From contig LFCR01000004.1 in assembly GCA_001189215.1 (NCBI GenBank), positions 313,635 through 377,634 of the forward strand: a DNA stretch of 64,000 nt, written 5' to 3'. Positions 34,757 to 44,600 of this stretch are shown here, in pieces (position 1 is the stretch's first letter; each line of letters starts with the position of its first letter). Position numbers and translations under genes: made by a program. Under the pieces are notes generated by a model that did not search any database, was not told where the DNA came from, and saw only the letters and a program-made list of their open reading frames with translations. The stretch comes from Parcubacteria bacterium C7867-008 (GTDB taxonomy: Bacteria; Patescibacteriota; Minisyncoccia; Phycocordibacterales; Phycocordibacteraceae).

Positions 34757-35033
34757 CTGATTCGTTGAATCGGACTCTGAACTCTCGCTTTTCCTTTCGC
34801 CTCTTTTGGTTCTTAAGGCTTAAGGGAGCGTTCTTGCTCAGGCTTATTCCTTTAGGCTGATAATCGATGTCGATAACGTCTCCGATTGAGAGTCGGTATC
34901 TTTGAGTGAGCCAGTGGCCTTCGAGGATCAGGGCTGGTATTCCTGGTCGCCGGTAGGTCACGGCGCGAGTGGTTCTAAGTGCTTTTTTCATTGCTAGCAT
35001 CTGACCCCGTCGGGCCGATCCCTTTCGGGACAA
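34695..35033 (-). CDS. SymE-like / AbrB-fold (SpoVT-AbrB) domain protein
   Basis: YRRPGIPALILEGHWLTQRYRLSIGDVIDIDYQPKGISL closely parallels E. coli SymE ([26 protein letters not shown]). The start is uncertain (internal Met residues). Confidence 0.5.
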   Translation of the reverse strand: MSRKGSARRGQMLAMKKALRTTRAVTYRRPGIPALILEGHWLTQRYRLSIGDVIDIDYQPKGISLSKNAPLSLKNQKRRKEKREFRVRFNESDDETRTTQSISEGSPSGSEG

Positions 35034-35042
35034 TGATCTGGA

Positions 35043-35528
35043 TTAGCTGCTGAACTCGTCGAGGAGTTTGCGCTCGGCACTCATCAGGATCGTGCTGCCC
35101 TCGCCCAGGCGCTTCTCGGCCAGGATGATCCTGTGCGTCTTGAAGCAATACTGGCCGAGCCTGGATGCCAGGAAGGAGGCAGCTACGTTGATGTCCCCCT
35201 TGAGCCCGATACTCCACTCCGTGACCTGCTCTACAGGCTTCAGGTACTCCTTGTAGTCGTAGATGGTGAGGACGATCATCTTGCCCTTGTGGATGGCCTT
35301 GAAGGCCCACTCGGCTCTGACCTTGCCGTCTCCGGACCGCCAGGGTCCTTCGTTGGTGCAGTCATGCGGCTTCCCGAATGCCTGGACCATGGTTTCGTAG
35401 TCGGCCATCATTTGGCCCCGACCGCCCGACCCCTTTACGTCTGCCCGCCTTGCTTTCACGAACTTAATTTGTGGCTCCATAATCACTTTTGATTGGCTGG
35501 TAAAATCGACCTTTTTGGGTGAGCTCAC
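35043..35528 (-). CDS. hypothetical protein (first gene of phage rightward-end operon)
   Basis: 161-aa ORF with no recognisable domain. Confidence 0.35.
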   Translation of the reverse strand: MSSPKKVDFTSQSKVIMEPQIKFVKARRADVKGSGGRGQMMADYETMVQAFGKPHDCTNEGPWRSGDGKVRAEWAFKAIHKGKMIVLTIYDYKEYLKPVEQVTEWSIGLKGDINVAASFLASRLGQYCFKTHRIILAEKRLGEGSTILMSAERKLLDEFSS

Positions 35529-35537
35529 GGGGCATAG

Positions 35538-35570
35538 AAAAAGCCCCGCTTGCGCGGAGCTTTTTCTTTT
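35538..35570 (-). terminator. intrinsic terminator downstream of gap
   Basis: AAAAAGCCCCGC-ttgc-GCGGAGCTTTTTCTTTT; on the minus strand the hairpin is followed by a TTTTTCT tract. Confidence 0.7.
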
Positions 35571-35588
35571 CGGTCTGTGATATGAAGG

Positions 35589-36632
35589 CTACTTTCCTTG
35601 CTTGGCTTCTGCCTCTTTCAGGTATTGGCCTGCTTTGATGACGTGGAGCAATAACGTCTGGGTGTACCCGGCTTCGTTGTCATACCAGGCAAGTACTTTA
35701 ACCAAGTTGCCGTCTACAACTCGTGTCATACCAAGATCTGCGATTGAAGCAAAGCGTTCTCCAATAATATCGCTTGATACCAGCTCATCATCTGTTGCTG
35801 AGAAGATACCCGCCCAACGTGCATCCTTAGCAGCGGTACGAAGAATCTCGTTTACTTCTTCTGCAGTGGTAGGACGCTTGGCGATGAACGTTATGTCAGC
35901 GATAGATCCTGCAGGCACGGGTACGCGAAGTGAGATACCATCAAACTTTCCTGCAAGTGACGTGTATGCCTTCGTAACAGCAACGGCAGCACCTGTTGAA
36001 GTTGGGACAATGTTCTGTGCAGCAGCGCGTCCTTCCTTCATATCTTTCTTTGATGGACCATCAACAATAGACTGACTCGCCGTGTACGCGTGTGTGGTTG
36101 AAAGAATTGCCTTTTCAATACCAATTGCCTCATCAAGAATAGCAATAACTGGTGAAGCTGAGTTCGTGGTACATGATGCGTTGCTGGTTATAGCGCATGT
36201 TCCAAGCTTTGATTCATCAAGTCCCATAAGAACTGTTGCACCAAGTGGATTCTCATCTTTTACGGGTGCTGAAATAACAACACGGCGAGCTCCGGCTGTG
36301 ATGTGTGCGTTTGCCTTTTCGTAATCAGTGAAAAAACCAGTTGACTCAATAACTACATCGATATTTAAATCTTTCCATGGGAGCAAGGTGGGATCTTTTT
36401 CTGAACAAAACACTACCTCCTTTCCGTTAACCATAAGCTTCCCTTCTGTAACTGATACCGGAAAGGGTGCGCGCTTATAGACGGTGTCGTACTTAAGAAG
36501 GTATGCGAGGTTCTCAAGCGAGCCAAGATCATTTACAGCCACAAGTTCAATCTCTGGACGATCAAAACTCTGACGAACAAAGGCGCGACCAATACGACCG
36601 AACCCATTAATTGCTACTCGGACTGGTTTCAT
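35589..36632 (-). CDS. gap: glyceraldehyde-3-phosphate dehydrogenase, type I
   Basis: NGFGRIGR Rossmann motif and the active-site SNASCTTN segment. Confidence 0.9.
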   Translation of the reverse strand: MKPVRVAINGFGRIGRAFVRQSFDRPEIELVAVNDLGSLENLAYLLKYDTVYKRAPFPVSVTEGKLMVNGKEVVFCSEKDPTLLPWKDLNIDVVIESTGFFTDYEKANAHITAGARRVVISAPVKDENPLGATVLMGLDESKLGTCAITSNASCTTNSASPVIAILDEAIGIEKAILSTTHAYTASQSIVDGPSKKDMKEGRAAAQNIVPTSTGAAVAVTKAYTSLAGKFDGISLRVPVPAGSIADITFIAKRPTTAEEVNEILRTAAKDARWAGIFSATDDELVSSDIIGERFASIADLGMTRVVDGNLVKVLAWYDNEAGYTQTLLLHVIKAGQYLKEAEAKQGK

Positions 36633-36643
36633 AGTTCATTTGA

Positions 36644-38605
36644 TTACTGGATACGGAACGAACCTCCGAAAATATTAAAAGAACCACGGAAAATATTGAA
36701 TTTTGAATCAGTAATAGGCGAACTATTTATTGCAGGACGTAGTGCGAAGGTTGTCACACCTGGAAGTACTGTGACTCCGTAGTTCCAAGTTACCGATGCT
36801 TGTGTTTGAGAGGTTGAAATAATTTTGTATATAGCGTTCTGAGGTTGGTTAGTTGAAATCTCGTTAAGTCCAACAAACGAATCTCCAGGCATTACAGTTG
36901 CTAGAGTTTGTGTGCCAGTGTCAATAGACGAGACACTGTATACGAGTGCTTTAGCTGTGAGTGTTGTGATAGCAGTGGTTGTTGCGGTAGCACCTCCTGC
37001 ACCCCCTGTATATGAGAAGGTACTGTTTGAAGGAGCAACATCATATTTACTTGTTCGATCAACATCACGGAACGTTGTGCAGATAACAGTCCAACGGTCA
37101 TTCGTGTTCGAGGTGAAATTATATGTGGAAGGTTCAGATCCTCCAGCATAGCGTGAGAATACGTAGACGTTTGCAGTTCCGTAGTTAGGACTCGTATAGT
37201 CTTTTGTGAATGGTGTTGCACCATTGTTATCTGAAAGTACCGCAGAACCACTATTAAAATTGATGGTGGCGATAACAACATCTCCTGATGCAGTACCCGC
37301 AGGTTTCGTACAAGATACCGCAGTACCGGAAGCCGCACTGCCGCTTGTGGTATCTATGACAGTTATGCCAGTAGGTGGTGCAATGAATGTAGCCATACTC
37401 ATCTTCACAAGCGACACCGCCGCCGGAGAGCCGGAGACAGAAGTAACCCAATTCACGAATTGATTGGCGCTGACCGCAATGGTGTTAGCTATATCACTTG
37501 CAGTGGTTGCAGCACTTGTGATAGTCGCACTAAGGGCCTGTGTTGCACCATTAATACGTAAAGCAAAGGTTCGAGTGGTCACACCACCGGGGGCCGCATC
37601 GATACTCGCGTAGATATTCTTCAAACTATAGTCAATACCTACCGTAGTAGAAGAAAGATTCTCAAGAGTGGTGTCCTGAGTAGCACCAACAATGGCATTG
37701 AAGCGGGTGCCGTTGGTGAGTACTGCACCCCGAACCCAAAGCGGAGCCTCGCCATCGGTAGTTGGCTTGTACGCGAAACCATAAAATACCTGACGGGCAG
37801 CGGGAGAGCCGACGGGTTCTGTGTGCACCGAGATTGTATCGCCCGCAGCAAATGATACCGTATGTACTACATCACTACACTGTAGTGTAGAAGCACCGCC
37901 TACATTACAGGTTACGGTCGTAGTAGCACCATTCTTATTTACATAAATATTGTATGACGTTCCAGCACCTGCAGCGAGCGCAAGCTGTCCATACAATTTT
38001 GTTAATGTGCCAGCAACAGGCATAATTGCGGACGAAGATGCTTCTACTGTGAAGGCTGAGCCTCCGTACGGCGGGAAGTAATTATATGCAGTGTTTGAGA
38101 CAATAGTTCCTCCTCCACCAAAACTTACCTCATCAGCAATACCGTGAGTATCAGATGCATTTATAACACCATTACTTGCTGCAGGAGTGCCCGCGGGTAC
38201 CTGCTGCCATGCGAGAAGATCTCCTGGAAGGTACGGGACGGTGTGCGTATTGTCCGCACAGCTACCTGAAGTATCGCTAATCGTGCAAGTAAGTGCGGTG
38301 GCAACGTTGTTACGGTAGAGAGTAATTACGTGAGATTTTCCTGCTCCAGGTGGAGTTACTAGTTGTACGGTGAGATTGCTCACCATGCCAGCACTTGATT
38401 GAGGTAGAGCACCTCCAGCAAAAGCGTTTGAGTTGACCCCAGATGTACCTCCTTCAAATCCAATGTATCGAGTACCGAACTGATTGAATGAAACATTGAT
38501 GGACGAGAAGACGGGTCGTTGCATCGCATACACCCCTAACGGCATTACCAGGAAGGCGACAAGAAAGGATCCTGCAACTCGTTTTGAGAATAAGTCTTGA
38601 AACAT
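36644..38605 (-). CDS. secreted Thr/Ser/Gly-rich surface protein
   Basis: 653 aa with an N-terminal signal/anchor (VAFLVMPLGVYAM) and beta-rich low-complexity composition, immediately downstream of the giant gene. Confidence 0.5.
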   Translation of the reverse strand: MFQDLFSKRVAGSFLVAFLVMPLGVYAMQRPVFSSINVSFNQFGTRYIGFEGGTSGVNSNAFAGGALPQSSAGMVSNLTVQLVTPPGAGKSHVITLYRNNVATALTCTISDTSGSCADNTHTVPYLPGDLLAWQQVPAGTPAASNGVINASDTHGIADEVSFGGGGTIVSNTAYNYFPPYGGSAFTVEASSSAIMPVAGTLTKLYGQLALAAGAGTSYNIYVNKNGATTTVTCNVGGASTLQCSDVVHTVSFAAGDTISVHTEPVGSPAARQVFYGFAYKPTTDGEAPLWVRGAVLTNGTRFNAIVGATQDTTLENLSSTTVGIDYSLKNIYASIDAAPGGVTTRTFALRINGATQALSATITSAATTASDIANTIAVSANQFVNWVTSVSGSPAAVSLVKMSMATFIAPPTGITVIDTTSGSAASGTAVSCTKPAGTASGDVVIATINFNSGSAVLSDNNGATPFTKDYTSPNYGTANVYVFSRYAGGSEPSTYNFTSNTNDRWTVICTTFRDVDRTSKYDVAPSNSTFSYTGGAGGATATTTAITTLTAKALVYSVSSIDTGTQTLATVMPGDSFVGLNEISTNQPQNAIYKIISTSQTQASVTWNYGVTVLPGVTTFALRPAINSSPITDSKFNIFRGSFNIFGGSFRIQ

Positions 38606-38623
38606 GGAACAATTATAGCATCG

Positions 38624-41600
38624 CTATGACGCAGACAGCACAACCGGAGCTGGAGCTGGTTCCGGTGCTGGAGTAGGAGCTGGTTCCGGTGCTGGAGTAG
38701 GAGCTGGTTCCGGTGCTGGAGTAGGAGTAGGTTCACTTGCTGGTAGCTGTGGTGCGCCCACATGTACCATTCGTGAGACCCCCGCACTCTGCCCTACCCC
38801 ATCCACTACTGAGTAGTTAATGGTATAGAGGCCGCTGGTATTTACATCCACCGTTCCTGTTACCGCAATTTGCGACGTAAGATCATTTCCTTGTGCATCA
38901 GTAGCAGTTGCTCCTGGGTCAGCCCAGTATGCACCCTGTGCAATATCAACGGCTGCGTCACCATTCAATGTAATGGTGGGTGCTCCAGGAACAGACGGTT
39001 CAGGTTCTGTTGGTGTTGGCTCCCCTGCGCTTGGAGTTGGTGGTGTGAACGGTGCAGCAACACTTGCAACCTGTGTTTGTTCCTCTGTCTGAACAATGAA
39101 GTAGTCGAAGGTTACATCTTCAGTCTGTGCTGAAGCAAGCGTGATTGTGAAACTTCCCTCCTGCTTCTCACGGATATACCAGCTACCATTGAGCGGTGAA
39201 GTAATAGTGACGAAGATCTTTGAGCTTGTGTGCATGAGTGGATTCGTCACTATTGTCTCTGTAGTTCCCACTGCAATGGTGCTAGTTGCAACTGATGAAG
39301 TTCCATCAGCAGCTGGAGCAGCAATAAGATTTGTGAACGCGAGCGAGCCAAAGCGTGCAATACCGTTCTGTATCAAGATACCCGCCTGAGCAAGCAGATC
39401 CTTAAGACCAGTAAGTGTAAGTGTTCCTCCAGTACCAGGGGTGCTTGATGCAATTGCCTCCAACATTGCAACACGGAGCTCAACTGCATCAATACGACCT
39501 GCAAGAAGTGCGGTTTGTGCGGTGAGTGATTGTACTCCCGTGATTGCATACGTTGCAGCCTTGTAGAGATCAACTCCTCCTTCTACAAGGATTTCACTCG
39601 GAAGAACACCGGTCGTTGATGCAATGGTGAATGTGATTGGTGTTGCAGGTGCAATAAATCCTGTCGCAAGAGCATTACCTGTAAGCGTAAGGCTTTGCGC
39701 GTTTATGTCGCTTGCTACTAGTGACTTAGGTTCAGACGGTTGTTCAGCATCCGGATGTTCAAGCTTACTGACCCGTGACCCAAGCGTCGTAGTAGACATA
39801 CTGAGAACTTCGAGTCTTCCAGCAAGATCCTTTATTGCGTTCACGCTCGCTGCAAGTATCGGACGATCGGAGAGACTCAAGTATCCCTGCGGACCAAGAT
39901 CTACAGCTTCTGGGATTACACTCTGGACGTTCTGTGCACTGAAACCAGCGTACAGCGTTGAACGGTCAAGACTACTTGTCGCATTCCAGTGGTAGAGAAT
40001 TGGATTAAGACCCTGTATTTCGGCAAGACCACGAGTGAACAAACCGTTTATATCCTTAAGACGTTCATCAGACGATACGGATAGGTTTCCGAGTGAATCT
40101 GTCTGCAATGTTCCTGCGCCGAAGGTTGCAAATCGTACTGACCCACTGGTACTGAGTTGAGCAGTAGGAGTAGTGGTACCGACGCCTATATTGCCTCCGT
40201 TACCGACCATGAAGTAGGTGCTTCCTGTTGACGTACCTACCGCAAAGATTGAAGAAGCACTATCTACCGTACTTACATTGAAGGTTGTTGAACCAACTGA
40301 GTTCTCAATGGCGAACGCATCTGAAACATCAGTTGTTGTCTTAAAACGAACACCTGCTGCACCAGAAACACTTAGTAGCCAGTTTGGTGTAGTAGTACCA
40401 ATACCTAGACGGCCGTTGGTGTTGTCCCATTTAAGAATACTTGCTCCCGAGTTTGCTGCCTGAGTGAGTTTGCTACCATCACTGAATACAATCCCGCCGT
40501 TATAGAAGGTTGTCGTAGCGGTACCACCACTTGCAAGTGTGTTGGTAAAGGAGGATCCAGTTGAAAGGCACACTCCGTTCATTGCGAAACAACCGGAAGT
40601 TAGGTTGATTCCTCCACTGCTATAAAAGGTTGATGTTGCAGTCGTAAAGTTGGCGATACCAGCGATAGAGAGAAGTGAACCAGGTGTTGTTGTACCAATA
40701 CCAACACTACCTCCATTACTGACCAAGAAACTTGTTGCAGATGATGAACCGACAACAAATGCTGGGGCTGTACCAATTGCATTTGGATTAACAGAGAAGG
40801 ATCCCCATGGCGTAGTACTTGAAATACCGACATTTCCGGTATTACCGAGAACCGAGATACGTGTAGTGCTATTCGCGCCAATACTTACTCCGCTTGATGT
40901 ACCTCCAGCCGAAATAACAATCTCACGATCATTGGTTTCGGTAATAAGACCGAATTGTGAACTGTTTGTGTACAACCTACCTGCGGTATTGCCTCCCGTA
41001 AGTCGAAGCTCGTTACCGGTATTTCCAGTCGGGTCATGTATCACGAGTGTTGCGCGACCCGCCGTACCAGGAGCAGGTGTAGCGGTGCCTATACCAACAT
41101 AGCCACTATTGGTAACAATGAACTTTACTCCAGTACTAGACCCAATTACAAAAGAAGGCGCTGTACCGTCTGCTGCGCTTGGATTTACTGATAGGCGTCC
41201 CCATGGTGATGAACTACCTACACCAGTAAATCCTTCGATAATGGCACCATTTGTTGGGGCGGTAATTCCTGCATAGGTTGCACCCAGGCCGAGGTTTCCT
41301 AATACGTTGAGACTTGAATTGGTCGCATTGGTATTAATACTGAACCCAGCGCTATTTACTTGTGCAGTACCAGTTGTACCCACGGTGCCATTAGCGCGGA
41401 AAACGATACGTCCAGAAGTTGGAGTCTGGAAGTAAAGATTACTATCACCTCCTCCAAAGAAACCAACCATGGTTGAGTCACCAAGACTGCCGTTTAGACT
41501 AATCGCTCCGTATGAAGGTGCACCCGCATCCACACCAAAGACGATTGGGTTTGATGCTCCAACTGTGTATTGAGTCATCTGACCATTCGCGTCAACCTTT

Positions 41601-44600
41601 AGATATGAACGTGTTGAAGAACCAATAACAAATGCGGGAGCACTACCCAGTGCTGCAGTTGGATTAATTGAGAGTAGTGCGGTTGGAGTTGACGTGCCAA
41701 GTCCAAGACGAGTGTTTGATTCACTCCAGAAAAAGTTTGCAGCAGCTGATGATTGGGTCAGCTTAGTACCATCAGAGAAGACCACGCCACCGTTGTAGAA
41801 CGATGTTGTAGCTGTACCTCCTGCCGCAAGTGTATTTGAGAATGAGCCTGCACCAACACAGGTGCCATTGATTGCGAAACAACCAGCAGTTAGGTTGATA
41901 CCTCCGGTTGAAGAGAAGCCGATGGCAAATGAAGGTACAGACCCGTATGTTGCGAGGGGATTGATTGAGAGCTGCGCCCACGGCGTGGAAGATGCAATAC
42001 CTACGTTACCTCGAAGATCACCATTTGCAGTAACTCCAAGGAGTACGTTACCGTCACGACCACCAATACCTCCCGATCCAACGGCACCACCTGCAAGGAA
42101 TACGTCCCCACCGTTACCGGCAGAACCTCCATTGTATGGACCTCCATCACCAGCAGTGAATAGCAGAGCACCTCCATCACCTCCACCAAATATGCCATCA
42201 TCCCCACCTCCTTTACCTGCATTGAGGATGATTCGCCCTCCGGTTCCTGCGATGTCAAAAAGTTCTACAAACTGCGAAGCATCATCAGCATACACCACGA
42301 GTCCATCTAAACCATTACCAGTGCTTGCTTCGCGTCCAGCAATAGAAAGGATACCCATCGGGGAACTTGTACCTACGCCTATCTTTCCGATAGGAGTGAG
42401 ACTCAAACCGCTACTAAAATCTCTAATGAAATTAAATTGACCGTTATCAAGACTAAATTGAGCAACACCATTGTTAAACTGTTTAAGATTTGCTGTGGCA
42501 AGAGCACCCGCAAACGTACTGGTGGCAGCAGTATTTGTTGCAGAGAAGAATGAGCCTACGACCTCACCTGCCACAGAAAGCCTTGCGTATGGAGATGATG
42601 TACCAATACCAAGATTCTTAGTGCTCTCACTCCAGAAGAAGTTTGCAGCGGATGCGGATTGCGTAAGCTTCGAACCATCACTGAACACTACCCCACCATT
42701 GTAGAAGGTGGTGGTTCCAGTACCGCCTGCCGCAAGTGTATTTGAGAATGAGCCTGCACCAACACAGGTGCCATTGATTGCGAAACAACCAGCAGTTAGG
42801 TTGATACCTCCGGTTGAAGAGAAGACAGGGTTAATTGATAGACGTCCCCACGGGGTTGAGGTACCGAGACCGAGGAACTTATTTGATTCACTCCAGAAGA
42901 AGTTGGCTGGGTCAGAAGATTGGGTAAGTTTTGTACCATCGCTGAATACGACACCACCGTTGTAGAACGTAGTGGTTGCAGTACCCCCATTTGCTAGAGT
43001 ATTGGAGAATGAACTACCTCCCACGCAAGTACCATTAATTGCAAAGCAGCCTGACGTTAGGTTGATACCTCCGGTTGAAGAGAAGGTTGAGGTTGCGGTA
43101 CTGAAGTTAGCAATACCTTGTATTGAGAGGAGTGAACCGGGTGTTGAGGTACCTATACCTACGAGTCCTGCGTTTGTGACTACAAAGTTAGTTGCCGTTG
43201 AAGATCCGATTACAAACGCAGGAGAAGTGCCGTTGCTTGCAATTGGGTTAATTGATAGACGCCCCCAAGGAGTGGTTGTTGCAACACCAACAGAACCTCC
43301 AAAATAGTTCTTGTTTGTTACAGAAGATGCATATACGCCGTATGTTGCACCTGTCACGTTTATACCTGCTCCGATAACAGAGTCACTAAGTATTGCATTG
43401 TTAGTTCCATCTGTAGCACTAAGTCCAACACCACTGCTCACATCAGCAATATCAATAGTATAAGGAGAGCTGGTGATGCGAACGGCACGATTCACTTGTG
43501 CAGGATCAGCATTAACAAGGAGTGCGGTCGTGTTTGGTAGGAAGGAAAGGGTACCTGATGTGTTTGAAAGACTAGCACCTTGAGCAACAACAAAGCCTGA
43601 AACGTATGCACTACCCCCAACTGAAAGTGTTGAGCCAGGGGTTGAGGTTCCGATACCAACGCGTCCTGCGCTAGTAACTAGGAAACTTGTTGCGGTTGAC
43701 GAACCAATACTAAATGCTGGAGCCGTGCCATTTGCAGCTGTTGGATTAATTGAAAGCTGAGCCCATGGTGTTGTTGAACCGACACCGACAAAACCATTAC
43801 CTGCCACCATGAAATCAGTCTTCGTGGAAGATCCGACTACAAATGAAGGTCGTGTACCGTTACCACTCTGGTTTATAGAGACCATTCCCCATGGTGATGT
43901 TGTTCCAAAGCCTGCCTGAATGGTGTTAAGTGCTGCCGTGCCTGATCCAGCTAAGGTAAGGGTCGGTATACCGGTGCCTGCGTTGTTGTCGATACCAATG
44001 TTTATTTTTGTGTTGAAGTTAGAGCGGATAGCTAGATCATTTTGTGCAGCACCCACAAACCATGAGTTCGCCGCACCAGAAAGAGCGAGTGCTGTCGTGT
44101 TAATGCCGGAACGAGCCAGCTTGATCGCAGGACTAAAGTTTGTGCCAGTCTGGGTTATAAGCAGACCGTCTCCTTCAATCGCGGTACTTATATTGAGCTT
44201 TGCTGCTGGAAACGCTGTTCCTATACCGACATTCGTAGTTGATGCAACGACGAAGCTTGTGCCAGTTGAAGATCCAATGGCAAACGCTGGTGCAGTAGCA
44301 TTCGTTGCCGTTGGGTTAATAGAAAGCTGTGCCCATGGCGTCGAGGTACCTAGACCAACATTTCCGTTATAGAGCGCTGTGAAGATCGGTGCCGTGCTTG
44401 TGGCGTTATTAATAGAAAGAATAGAAACATTCTGTGATTTCGTTGTTGAGGCGCTGAACGATGAGAAACCGTTTACGTTCAGACCGCTTCCGGCATTGAG
44501 ACTTCCCCATGCGTAAATGTCTCCATTCGCTGTAATGTTCTCGGTTACATTAAGGACGTTCGTAGCAATGTTCCCGGCGTAAAGCGAAGGCACTTCGGTG

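Noticed and set aside
35589-36632. gap as a phage auxiliary metabolic gene
   Set aside because: It is separated from the phage block by a strong terminator, has its own orientation context and typical housekeeping sequence. It is more parsimoniously a host gene.
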